A stretch of 58,148 nt of DNA, the filler included, from Jimgerdemannia flammicorona (taxonomy: Eukaryota), in assembly GCA_003990765.1 (NCBI GenBank). It is 2 parts of 2 records of this genome, joined end to end, with 100 filler letters (N's around TTAATTAATTAA, not from the genome) between each part and the next. Parts side by side here need not be neighbours in the genome. Positions count along the whole stretch, not along the records: positions 1 to 29,025 come from RBNJ01000526.1; positions 29,126 to 58,148 come from RBNJ01000527.1. The stretch is one strand, 5' to 3'. How positions within the stretch are numbered: position 1 is the stretch's first letter; each line of letters starts with the position of its first letter. The position numbers and the translations under genes are program-made. Positions 27,701-38,330 of this stretch are shown here, one piece after another. The notes under the pieces were generated by a model, which was not told the DNA's origin, made no database searches, and saw only the letters and a program-made list of their open reading frames with translations.

Positions 27701-28794
27701 CTCTATATCAACTATCTCTCTATACTTAGCCTTGACTTCTCTACTCTCCTCTGTGTCTCTACTATGATCACTATAGGAACTCTTTTCACCAGAAGCTGCA
27801 CCACTCTCAGGTCCCACCTCAGGCAGTATGTCTTTGAGATACACACCTCTCCAATAGTCAATCCAGCCTTCAATGTATCCTTCAATGGCCCAGCCTCCTC
27901 AAAGCCCACCTCTACCCCTTCTAGGCCCCTCAGGAACTTAATTGATGCTTTGCCACCCATCTGCTTTACAATTAGCCTCAGGACTATTTTTGCTATCACT
28001 GCCAAGCCCCAGAAGTACAAAGTGACTATGAACTCTGAAATCAACTTCTTGAGTAATGGGGCCACTGCCAGTCCCATTACACCATCAGCTAGGTTACAGG
28101 CCTCATGCTCTTCCCACAACTCAGTTCACTATCAGCAATTCTATCTAGATTTTTTTCCAGATTGTCCATTATACTCTTATCAGCAGTTATTCCTTCAGCC
28201 ACTATACTGCCAGCCCCCCTACTCTGGCTCCCTCTGGCTACTGCTGCCCTGTATTCTTTGCTATCTCCTTACCCCTCCTCAGTCAGTCCTCCAGTCCAAT
28301 CACTAGTGGTCTCCCTTTCATCTTATCTGTAAAGCTCACCCTCCCAATCTCCTGCCCTCCAACACTGCTCTCTCCCCTTCCTTGTCTGCCCACCAGCAAG
28401 CCTCTCATGCTTTCCCCCAAGCCTAGGCCCCTCCCCACATACTACCAATTGAATACACTTAGGCCTCTCTGCCCAGTACATATCTCAGAACACTCATTAC
28501 TCACTATATTACTAGTATTATTTCTCCAAAAACTGTGTCATGAGTGTTGTTGAAAGATTGTATAACCTGACTGTTACTGGAGAAAGGATGGCTATTTGTT
28601 AGATAGTTTCATTGTTAAGTTTATCAAACTCTTCTTGGCTAGTGTGGGGTTTGATCTACTTGGTGATAATTCTATTAGCTTCTTTAGCTTAAGTCTGGAG
28701 AGTATCTAGGGTGAAGATGTTTCTTGGCTATTGCTGTCAATATTGGTAGTATTGGCTGGTCTAATTGTCTATAGTATTCTTAAAGGAGGGTTGC

Positions 28795-29025
28795 TTTTTT
28801 TTTTTTTTTTTTTTTTTTTTTCAAAATTTTTTTTTTTTTTTTTTTTTTTAGTTACAAACTTTTATTTATTACCAAACCATCTATATTATACTAATACAAA
28901 TAAACCCCTCACCCAATATCACAAGAAAGCCTCTCTCTCTTAATATCATTCTCTCAAAATGCTACCATTCTCTCTGCCATCTTGATCCTCCTCTCACTTT
29001 TCCTACAAATTATCTCCTCTAGTTG
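28795..29025 (-). mobile_element. 3' end of a further LINE-like insertion, truncated by the gap
   Basis: Long T-run (poly(A) tail) at 28795-28849 with AATAAA just upstream on the minus strand; purine-rich sense strand like the other LINEs. Confidence 0.55.
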
Positions 29026-29125
29026 NNNNNNNNNNNNNNNNNNNNNNNNNNNNNNNNNNNNNNNNNNNNTTAATTAATTAANNNNNNNNNNNNNNNNNNN
29101 NNNNNNNNNNNNNNNNNNNNNNNNN
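29026..29125. other. Assembly gap with artificial linker (44 N + TTAATTAATTAA + 44 N)
   Basis: Exactly 100 bp and symmetric, with a six-frame stop spacer at 29070-29081. Confidence 0.95.
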
Positions 29126-29661
29126 TTTTTTTTTTTTTTTTTTTTTTTATAGTCCCTTGGACTCCATCTTTATTACCAGTCTATGAATAAGTATACAATA
29201 TCACTACCCACTATCTGATCCCCATCGGGGGGCCCCTCCCCACCTCTTCATATATAAAGACCACTCTCTCACCAACAACTCCAACTCTCCCACCACTCTG
29301 ACCACAGATTTTCACCACCAAGTAGTGCCTCCGACCCCCCTGCAGCCCCCAACCAAGCCACCAGCCCATCAAGGTATCCTCCATAAGGTACTACCACCAT
29401 GATAACTGGCTCCCCAAGCTCTGTCGCCTCTCCTCCTCAAATACAAATAGCCAGTGACCAGCCAGCCTAACCCAAATAGCCAATGCCCAGCCTAATCCAC
29501 TCTTCCCCTACCCCTCCTATCAATCAATCCCTCAGGTCCTCCCACCTCTCCCGTACATCATCATCCCTACGCCTTACTCCCAAGTGGTCCCCAATGGCCT
29601 GCCAAAAGTCTCCCAACACCTCACACTCCCCTAGCCAATGTTCCGGCATCTGTACAAATTC

Positions 29662-31723
29662 TGTAAGCACACAACCTCCAAGCCACTGGAATTATATGTC
29701 ACCCTCTGAACAAGCCACTGAAATCACACATGACCCTGAATAAATCTGGAAGTCACCTGCTTGATCACGAAGCTGAGTCAAACTGAAGTCACAATGCACA
29801 AAGCTGAGTCAATACAAAGTCACAGAACACAAGATTTATACAAATGGAATCTTACCAATCAGGACTAAATGCATATATACTGAGCACCGAGATGTGTCGA
29901 ATCAGAGAACCAAAACAAACAACAACCACAACTTCCAAACACACAAACATGACCACTGAGATCTACAACCATATCCATGCTAACATTTGGAATGCCATTG
30001 TCAACCGAGCTACACCCCCTCTACCCCTCATGAATATCCATAGCCTAGCACCCCTCTACTTCGTGGAAGCCCAATGGAATGCCCTGAACATGCTTAGTGA
30101 GGCCCACCGAATCGGACAAATCTCAAGCTACTACCAGATCGGCCACCTCCCGGAAGACATGGTCGAACACCACTACAATACAGACATTACCCAGATGTCT
30201 CAACACCAGAAGCTCATCGCCCACAAACATCGAGAACTCTTCTACGAGTACAGTACCATCATCCCCTGCCTCCGAGTTACTACCAGCAAAATGGTTGCTA
30301 CCCTGTCCTATGGCCAAATCGATGACATGATACAAGAACTCAACCAGAAGTACCTCGAGTATGTCGAAATCACAGACAGAACCTTCTCACATCCCAATGA
30401 TCACATCCTGCAAATGCCCCAAGTTGGATACACCATAAAAGATATCTACAATATAATCCACTTTGATGAAGATGAAGCAGAAGACAATGATCTCTCCAAT
30501 GCCAACATGACCTCTAGCCAAGGATCTCTGCCAACCCTGATCACTCCGCCAACCTTACTGATAAACTTACAACAGTTCATAACTGTATACGAGACTTATT
30601 GGGACAATGACCACTGGTACAAATACTAACCTGCATTCATCCTTGATTACTTCAACTACAATGAAGAGACCGGAGAACACAACCTGTACCTTCAGATGAC
30701 CCTTGAGATTGAACCAACCACTCCACCACCTGAGTACGAGTGACATGAACCACAGCTACCAGTATACTATAACCCCACAACTCACAGTGCCATAACCTAT
30801 AGAAGGTACACAGATAGTGAATCCAATGAAAGTGAAGACAATACACCCATCCTTTGCCCACCAACACCTTATCCAGCATATGAGCCAGATGATGCTATCC
30901 TGTGAAATGGAGATGAAGTTCCAATGTACTATTACCTTAGCGAACAAGGAGAAGTAATCCGCGAACCATTATTCCTAGATGACTACTTCATCAGAGATGA
31001 TGCAATCGATGGTGATATCATCAAAGACTATCTAGCAGTGCCTAAACCCATAAATAGCCTAGCAGTTATAGTATAGTTAGATTAGCCTTGTATGACATGA
31101 CTGTGAACTGACTCAGTAGTCAGATGATCTCTTGACATGTCAGATCACACTTGTACTACGTGACTGCATTCTGACTCAACAAGGTACTTAGTGCTATATC
31201 CATATCTAGCATAGTCCAGATAGCCCCTCACTAGTATAAATACCCCCTCCCCCAGACCTCAGAATCTCAGACTTGAACACACACAAGAACATTCCTGAAT
31301 ACTTCCCCACAATATCTCTTCACACAAATACTCCTAGTATAGTAATATCATGAATAGCAAATAAACCTATTCCATAACCCACAAACTACTCTTAAGTAAA
31401 TCCGCTCCCTGTTAGGTCCCACTCCTAACCCCATCACGAAATTTCCTAATTGGGTATTGTCTGCAGTGATATACCAATTCAACTAAGCTGGTCTTAGTTT
31501 CTTGAACTTCCTGAAATATGGAAAATCCTGAATATCTAGAACTAGTCTGAAAAAGGACTTTGGTTGAGACGTCAACCCAATCTTGAAATCAATAAGCGTA
31601 GAGGACATACTCCATATGAAATTGATCTTGACTATAAGAAAACAGTCTTCTAGAACATCTAGAATATCCAGAAAACCTTTCCAGAACTACGTAATGGTTA
31701 CCCTAAAAAGTAGCCCTCTTACA
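29662..31723 (+). mobile_element. Solo LTR (2062 bp) of the E1 family
   Basis: TGTAAG...CTTACA termini; 5-bp TSD aattc/aatcc; the flanks rejoin to continuous LINE sequence; no PBS or internal region. TATAAATA at 31235-31242 and AATAAA at 31360-31365. Confidence 0.95.
29844..30629 (+). CDS. ORFX inside the solo LTR, 261 aa of unknown function; the ancestral frame probably ran to 31076 (up to ~410 aa) with an acidic, Tyr-rich tail
   Basis: Open frame. The TAA at 30627 is CAA in the E1 3' LTR, and two later TGA codons correspond to CAA/TAA (implying CGA) and TGG in the other copies. Similar to post-integrase ORFs of E4 and E5. Confidence 0.75.
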   Translation: MESYQSGLNAYILSTEMCRIREPKQTTTTTSKHTNMTTEIYNHIHANIWNAIVNRATPPLPLMNIHSLAPLYFVEAQWNALNMLSEAHRIGQISSYYQIGHLPEDMVEHHYNTDITQMSQHQKLIAHKHRELFYEYSTIIPCLRVTTSKMVATLSYGQIDDMIQELNQKYLEYVEITDRTFSHPNDHILQMPQVGYTIKDIYNIIHFDEDEAEDNDLSNANMTSSQGSLPTLITPPTLLINLQQFITVYETYWDNDHWYKY

Positions 31724-34454
31724 AATCCCCCTTCTTGTCCTACATTATAGCACTCTTTGCAGTCAAAGCAGCCCCCCTACAACAAGGTGTCCTGAGCAGA
31801 AGTTAAGCATCACATTCCTCCTCAGCACATGCCACCAGACCACCCAGTACTTCGGCAGCATCCAATTTTCACTGTAGCACTCCAGGTCCAAACCTCATAT
31901 CAGTCCTACTCTTCACCAATTCCAACTCCTTGCCAACTACTAGGCTACAGATCCTGGCCTGGTCCCTTTTGGCATTCAATGCCATTACTAATGTTGAACT
32001 CCAGTAAAGGCATGCCTCTCAGAAGAATACCATTTCATCTCCACATTGCTGGGCCCCAAGCCCTCTCCCCCTCATCCCCTCACCAGCGAATACCAATGTG
32101 GTGTACCCCCTCAGCTATCCCCTACCAGAAGCCTTTATATCTCAGTTGCACAGTATTCTGAAGCCCAACTAATGAAAGAAGATCACCAGTCAAGCCTCTT
32201 GGTGATGTCTGCCACTCCCATATCTTCTGCAGCAGGGGAACCCAGCCCCCTCCACGCAACTCCACCACCCTCCTCAGCCCCCATGCCCTCAAGCAGTGTA
32301 GTCTTTTGGGGAAGTCCACCAGCCCAAGACCACCTCTCGCCACTGGTAGGGACAAAGTCTCCCAACCAATCTGACTCCATTGCCAACCCAAATCCATCCC
32401 TTGGCCACCTTCACCAATCTCTTCACTACCCAGGCTAGGAAGTCCAGATGATAAGCCAAATACCACAGCTTCAGCAGCCAGTATATATTCGAAATTGAGA
32501 TTCTTCCTGCCAGAGAGAAGTGTCTACCCCCCCAATCCCGCAGGTCCTCCTCCCAAATTCCAATTCTCTGCTCCCACCACAGCCTGGGCAAAACAGACCC
32601 ATAGACTGACAAATAGATGCCCAAGTACCGCACTGCCTCTCTGGTGGGGACAATTGTTCCAATAACTTCGCTGCCCACCAGGCCATTGCCCAGTACTATT
32701 GTTTCACACTTGTGCCAATTCAGCTTCACCCCAGAGTTCTCCTCATACCACTCTACTGTCTTCTGGAGCTCCTCGACATCTGCAGTCACTCCCAAACCAA
32801 CCACCATATCGTCTGCAAAGGCTCCAACCTTCCAGCCAACTCCATAGATAGAGAGTTCCACAATCCTCCACTGAATTCTGTCCATTAGAGGTTCCAAGGA
32901 AAGAGCATACAAAATGGGGGACAGTGGGTCCCCCTGGGGCACTCCCCTACCCAGAGGGAATGCTACCCCTCGATGTCCATTACATATGAGCACAGCCCTA
33001 CTCCTTTCCAGTAGGCTGACCATCGCCGACCGAAATGGGACCAGAACCCCAATTCTATCTAATACTTTCATCAGCCATACTCACCACACCCAATCGTAAG
33101 CCTTCTCCTGGTCCAAGAAGACAAGATGCCCATCTAGTCCACAGGCTCGAGCACCTTCAATAATTCCATGTACCCAGGCCATACCATCTCTAATAAGCTG
33201 ACCCCCTATGAAGCCCCTCTGCTCAACACCCACAATTTGCTGGGCTACCTTCTGTAGCCTTGCGACCACCACCTTAGTCACCAACTTTCTGTCCATATCT
33301 AGCAACATTATCGGCTGCCAGTTCTTCCAATCCTCTCACCTTCTCTTGTTCTTATAAAGCAGCATCACCAGCCCAAGATCCTACTCCCCCACCCATCTCC
33401 CTGACTGCAATATAGAGTCACACAGTGCTGTCAACTCCCCCAACATACCCAGGACTCCCACCATTCGCTTCCAGAAGTCCCAGGGGAGGCCATCCTCTCC
33501 AGGCGCCATACCCGAGGCTGTTGCAGCAAGAACCTGGTGGATCTTGTCCTCCTTTACAGGTGTCACCAGGTCACCTAGTCCCTCAGCTTATAGTGGGTGC
33601 CAATCTTCTAATATTTGGTCAATGGCTGTAGCATCTGCCCCACCCTCTTCCTCACTCCACAACCCACTCTATCATGCCTTCAGTGTTCCAAGAATGTCCT
33701 GTACACCATGCACTAGTACACTATCCAAGTCGAGTACCCCTTCCCACCACTGCTATACCCTTCTCGCTCGAAGTGTCCTTGTGAGAAACTTGGAAGGCCT
33801 CTCCCCTTCCTCCAGCCCCTGCCAATGAAGCCGTACCACCAGGCCTTACACCCTAAACTCTTCCTCTTCCCGCAGCACCTATTGTAGTTCCCCAATCTCC
33901 ATCTTCACCCTTGTTATTCTCCAATCCTCTTCTCTCTCTACTACTGCCAATCTCACCCACTCCTCCAGGAGCCTAGCTAATCTAGTAGAAGCCCAATGCA
34001 CTTTCTGCCTTTACTGCTTCTCAGCCACTCTGCTAGCCTCACTCCAATACATCCTGGCCATCTCTTTCATCCTCATCCACCGAACCCCAATCGTGGCCCC
34101 TTCCTGCTACCAATTCCCCACCTCCAGCTGAATGTCTTTCACCCACTCCTCCCACCAGGACTCATCATCCAGCAAGGAGGAATTTAGGCACCAATGTCTA
34201 GGCCCATCACCACTTCCCCCAAAACACCCCTGTCCCAAGAGGCCCCAGTGATCTGACCATGGACACCATTCTACCTCTAGCACCTTCCAAATATTGCAGC
34301 CCCAACAGTCAACCATCAGAATCCAGTCAATCCTTGTCCCCAGACCTCCAGCCCAATGCGTATATACTCTCCTGTCCCCCCAGTACCCCCTACCAGCATC
34401 CACCAGTGCTCCTAGCCTTTCAACCTCCTCCCTGTGGGAGAGTTTCAGTACACC

Positions 34455-34920
34455 CTCAACAACAAAACTTAATAATCTCTCTTTCTTCTCTATCTCATCA
34501 ATTAATGGTTAAACCTTCTTTATTGTTATTACAATTAAAACCTTCTTTTTTAGTCATAATATTTTTTTTACAAAAAAAAAAAAAAAAAAAAAAAAGCAAC
34601 AGATAGTGATTCAATCTCATCTGCTACTGCCTTTTTGATTAAGAGTTCTATACTGAAAAGGTCAATCAAAATTTTCTTTATTTTTAGCCTTAACTAAAGC
34701 TTCCTTAAAAAATTTCTTTTTGTTGCATTCTCAGTCAGCAGTTTTTTTATCTAGTTCTTTTTGCATTAAATTGAGAGCAGTCTCAACAACAAAACTTAAT
34801 AATCTCTCTATTTTTTTCATCTCATCAATTAATGGTCAAACCTTCTTTATTATTATTACAATTAAAACATTCTTTTTTGGTCATAATACTTTTTTTATGA
34901 AAAAAAAAAAAAAAAAAAAG
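34455..34920 (+). repeat. Two ~140-bp direct repeats (34455-34596, 34782-34920), each ending in poly(A)
   Basis: ctcaacaacaaaacttaataatctct...tcataata(t/c)ttttttta followed by an A-run occurs twice, 327 bp apart. Confidence 0.85.
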
Positions 34921-35019
34921 CTTCAATAATTAAAGAAATTAAAGAAGTAGAGAGAGTGTGGGGAAGAATAATAAAAAATTTACGGACAAAGCGAAAGTAA
35001 AGAAAACATGATACCCGAG

Positions 35020-35071
35020 TGACGTCAAATGTTCACTTTGTCTGGTTTTGTTGCAGCACGCCCCATATAAG
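35020..35071 (+). promoter_or_regulatory. Putative Pol II promoter: CRE palindrome and TATA-like box
   Basis: TGACGTCA at 35020-35027 and CATATAAG at 35064-35071, followed by an A-rich leader and ATG at 35169; CpGs are retained here. Confidence 0.45.
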
Positions 35072-35168
35072 CCCCCAGCAAACTTTCTCCACACAACAAC
35101 AACAAAACAATCCAAGCACACTCCTCAAAAAGAAACCAACCCTCTCTTTTAAAAAACAAAAAACAAAA

Positions 35169-35730
35169 ATGGAATCTGCCACTACCCGCACCAAGCAAAC
35201 TCTCGCCATCACTGGTAGCGACAGCTACCTCGGCCACTGCATTGCTGCCTAAATGGCCGCGATTGCCACAATGAGTGCCGCATCCACGTCCTGTGCTGTC
35301 ATGAGAAAGACTGCAACAATTTGAGGGACTTGAGCGCAGAGATCATTATAAGTGTTCATTGGTGTTGGGATTACAAGTCGATATGTATCCACGTGACTTT
35401 ACGCCAATTCGTACGACATCATTATTCACAGCGCACGATTTGTATTATGAATAAACTGTTTCTTCTGTTCGTCACAACATAGGTTATGAGCCCCGCTAGC
35501 GACTGAGTGGCTATATGAGCCCGGTCAGCGGATAACTCTACAACAATTGGCATATTTTATTTTTATTTTTTATAATTATTTGATGAGGATGGTAATGTAA
35601 ATGTCCTTAAATAGGAAATAGACTATGAGGACCGCAAGTCCCTCCGCCGTGCCTTCTATGGCTGCGAGTGGGGAATTGACCATCGAGGCTATGGAGAGGG
35701 AGGATGATCGCCATTCTCATGATGTCCACG
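35169..35730 (+). pseudogene. Rossmann-fold NAD(P)-binding (NmrA-like/atypical SDR) gene fragment
   Basis: MESATTRTKQTLAITGSDSYLGHCIAA* (beta1 plus glycine loop), then in a shifted frame RIHVLC...LRDLSAEII, a probable intron, and EIDYEDRKSLRRAFYGCEW (typical DY-x-D-x-x-SL-x-x-A-x-x-G). Confidence 0.6.
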
Positions 35731-35909
35731 TGAGCTTCCAAAACTCAATATTCTGTCGTGATCTGGATGGTGATTTAGTGATTTAGTCGCTAACGGTCCC
35801 TCAGTTCACTTTTCAGAATCAGCGCCGAGTCCAACGACAGGGGGCTCAGGAATCTCCACAAATTCAGGGAGCTTGATAGATTCCATGGTAGGGGGGATCT
35901 GAACCAGAG

Positions 35910-37163
35910 ATGATTTCAATACTATATTCCACTGCTCATGTGAGTCCTGAAGAACACCCCCCACCGAAAAAGAAAACTCTCCCAATTGAGCTGATATGTG
36001 AGATTATCAACCTCATTAACAAGGATATAGATATGAATCCCCTCGACGTGATCGCCAGTGCACTTGTCTCAAAGATATGGTACTCACATGGAGCTAGTTT
36101 GACAATCGCACACAGACATGTCTGTTCCAAACTCGAAATTTTCCCTCCAATTGGCAGTGTTGATATTACACGGCTTCTAAATCTCTTTATTGAATCCAAA
36201 CACGTCCGTGCAGACTTTCACAAGGACATAAGGATTGTTTCCGTCAATTTCACTAAATACGACGATAGCCCCGACAACGAAACACAGTTCAAAGAGCTGA
36301 AAGAATCTCTGCTGACAGTATTTAAATTGGAACCCCCTAATCTTAAAAAGCTTGAATTTTGTTGTCGGGGGAGCGACACACCCAAATTCCTGAGTGTCGA
36401 ATTTCCAATATTAATTAGGCAGATCAAATCCATGCCTCAAATTCACCAGATATTATTTCTCATGCTCAAAAATCCCAAAACATCTGATTTCAAAATACTT
36501 GTAGATGTGCTCTCATTTCAACTGAAAAGTTTGACATTGCATCAGTTTTGTTTGAGGGAGGAGGTTTGCGAAAGTCTTCAAAAATGCACAAAGTTAGAAT
36601 ATATCTCTTTCATTGACATGGCCATCCCATTTGTAAATTCGGTATTAAAATTTTGGCCGGATTTCCGTTACTTCTGCTATATGAACCAAACAAGCGATGA
36701 CACTGGCCTAGCCGCTGCTTTGTGGGTCTTACCTATCAAATGTATTGAGGTCAACCACATTGCAGTTCACTCAAAATCTATCAGCTTGAAGACAATTCTG
36801 TTTCTGTTGTCCTCTTATCCATTGATGACTACGTTGGAACTATCGAACAATCTAATTAACAATACCATTATAAAGACCATATTGCTCTGCAACCGAGGTC
36901 TCAAGGAGATTATATTCCAATACAACGCAATCACAGGTGACATTACGGTTGATGATGTACATGATGGTTGGCCTCAGCTTCGGGAACTATACCTGACTTA
37001 TTCCCCAGATCTTATTCCAAATTTCTTTGAGCTAGTAATCCCGAAATATGTAAGCCTTAATTACGTTACTGTCCTGGAACATTTAATTAGCAACCATTTT
37101 GTTGTGGCAATAATGTTGCAATATGGATTTGTTAAACAATTCCATCATTCCTGGACCCGATAG
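35910..37163 (+). CDS. F-box-like plus RNI-type leucine-rich repeat protein (417 aa, intronless)
   Basis: LPIELICEIINLI...ASALVSKIWY is F-box-like; repeated LxxLxL motifs (NLKKLEF, QLKSLTL, KCTKLEYISF, WPQLRELYL). Confidence 0.8.
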   Translation: MISILYSTAHVSPEEHPPPKKKTLPIELICEIINLINKDIDMNPLDVIASALVSKIWYSHGASLTIAHRHVCSKLEIFPPIGSVDITRLLNLFIESKHVRADFHKDIRIVSVNFTKYDDSPDNETQFKELKESLLTVFKLEPPNLKKLEFCCRGSDTPKFLSVEFPILIRQIKSMPQIHQILFLMLKNPKTSDFKILVDVLSFQLKSLTLHQFCLREEVCESLQKCTKLEYISFIDMAIPFVNSVLKFWPDFRYFCYMNQTSDDTGLAAALWVLPIKCIEVNHIAVHSKSISLKTILFLLSSYPLMTTLELSNNLINNTIIKTILLCNRGLKEIIFQYNAITGDITVDDVHDGWPQLRELYLTYSPDLIPNFFELVIPKYVSLNYVTVLEHLISNHFVVAIMLQYGFVKQFHHSWTR

Positions 37164-37249
37164 CCAGATTAGTAATTTTACAAAACAGAACAATCTCCAG
37201 TTCAATATATAGTTACACATAGCATATACAATAAAGGAATATTCGGTGT

Positions 37250-38330
37250 TCCGGAATATTCTAAGATTCATAAATATATTGATTGGAATATTGAAATCGC
37301 AAAATGGCGATGGACTTGCCTCCAGAAATTCTGTATAGCGTGTTCTAATACACATACCTTGCAGGGAAACTTTTTACCGATCTCGTTTCTCTTTTTCTTG
37401 TTTGTCGACAATGATTATTAATCGCACTTGAGCATTCCGATAAACTCGAAAATTCAATATTGTTGGAATCTGTAGGAGTAAACTGGTGCATGGGAATTTA
37501 AAGATTTCAATAGACCTGAATATAATCCGAGAGGAACCTTTTGGATTCTTTGCATTACCTTTGCCTGCATTACAAGGAATTGAAATTTGATACACTAATG
37601 ATAGTGGTCAACTGTTCGTTGTGGAGGATGTCACCCACATGCAATGACTATTCATCATGCTAGATTCAAAAGTGTGTCATTTTAACCTCCACATATAAGG
37701 TAGAAGATATAGACACATCTCCCTAATTATTGACTACATTTCATTCCGCCTTAGACATCTCAGCCTGGCTAATATACTTGTAGACAACTGAATGCAATAT
37801 GCACTGACAAAATGTCAAAACCTACACCATTTTGAGATAGGGATTGATGGAAACAATGACTTAGATATACTAGGTACATAGCCTTTACTATTCACAACAA
37901 GATTGTGGTATGTTCAAGTCATTACCAATAGGTTTCAAGATCTGTGGTAAGCACTACACATATGTGAATAGTATTGGAAACTGGAAGCATTGCATCTGGT
38001 GTCATATTCTGCAGCCTTAAAACAAATAATTGAAATTCAAATGGGAGACCTAATGGTTTCCAAACAGGAATGGACAATATTGAAATATTTGTATTTGGAC
38101 AATTCTATTCCTGGCTGTTGTACAACCACTTTTATTCAACATATGCTTTCACATTCCCCAAATTTGGAAATATTGTAGATGCTAAAGAGTCCCAATACTG
38201 ATGTCCTACTTCAGGAGCAGCTAGAGAGGCTAGGGTTTGAAGAGAATGAGCTTTCCTAGTATGTTTGGAGATGTTATTTTGCTTTCCATATCCCTTCATG
38301 GGATTGTCTTATCAATTCATTAACTTCATT
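37250..38330 (+). pseudogene. Decayed LRR-protein paralogue
   Basis: Broken frame with RLRHLSL, LTKCQNLHHFEI, KLEALHL, EWTILKYLYLD, SPNLEIL*ML; several stops; boundaries approximate. Confidence 0.55.

Larger units (their letters stand above)
16652..28595 (-). mobile_element. LINE-A: apparently full-length L1/Tx1-like non-LTR retrotransposon (~5.9 kb excluding nested E3)
   Basis: Poly(A) tail read as a T-run at 16652-16669. ~18-bp TSD tt(a/g)ttagatagtttcatt at 16634-16651 and 28596-28613. ORF1 remnants ~28120-26500. ORF2 from ATG 26475 (FSLNINGL, DIFLL*D, SDH endonuclease motifs). RT PQGDPLS and FADN in ORF 18093-18539. Confidence 0.92.
10653..28794 (-). mobile_element. E2: heavily decayed chromovirus-type Gypsy element related to E1; own sequence 10653-16651 and 28614-28794; LTRs not visible
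   Basis: Minus-strand gag similar to E1 (HPATIGLKKLII vs HPTATGLKQLMI); Zn knuckle remnant ~15120-15165; dUTPase ~14615-15040; PR ~14250; RT YLDD ~13190; IN ORFs 11797-11988 and 11072-11437; chromodomain EYEVNHIFD...VNWKGYP ~10950-11110. Interrupted by LINE-A, which has a TSD. Confidence 0.85.
29126..34445 (-). mobile_element. LINE-B: 5'-truncated copy of the LINE-A family, less decayed, interrupted by a solo LTR
   Basis: Poly(A) T-run at 29126-29148; 3' end similar to LINE-A. RT ORF 32289-33071 (PQGDPLSP, FADD, YLG), FLDQEKAYD, endonuclease RIDW/SDH in 34107-34403, C-terminal C-x2-C...H-x4-C. Confidence 0.92.

Noticed and set aside
27764..28306. Plus-strand 180-aa ORF and similar antisense ORFs over LINE and Gypsy coding regions (e.g. 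25837-26337, 48055-48507, 47464-47886)
   Set aside because: These are shadow frames of strand-biased TE coding sequence, low in complexity and without motifs.
29070..29081. Palindromic TTAATTAATTAA between N runs as a biological site
   Set aside because: It is a six-frame-stop contig linker centred in a 100-bp gap. Adjacency across it is not reliable, so the two flanking LINE tails were not joined.
30123..30335. Antisense ORF recurring in all three E1-family LTR copies (also 502-699 and 9060-9314)
   Set aside because: Recurrence follows from the repeat itself; it is the codon-register shadow of ORFX.
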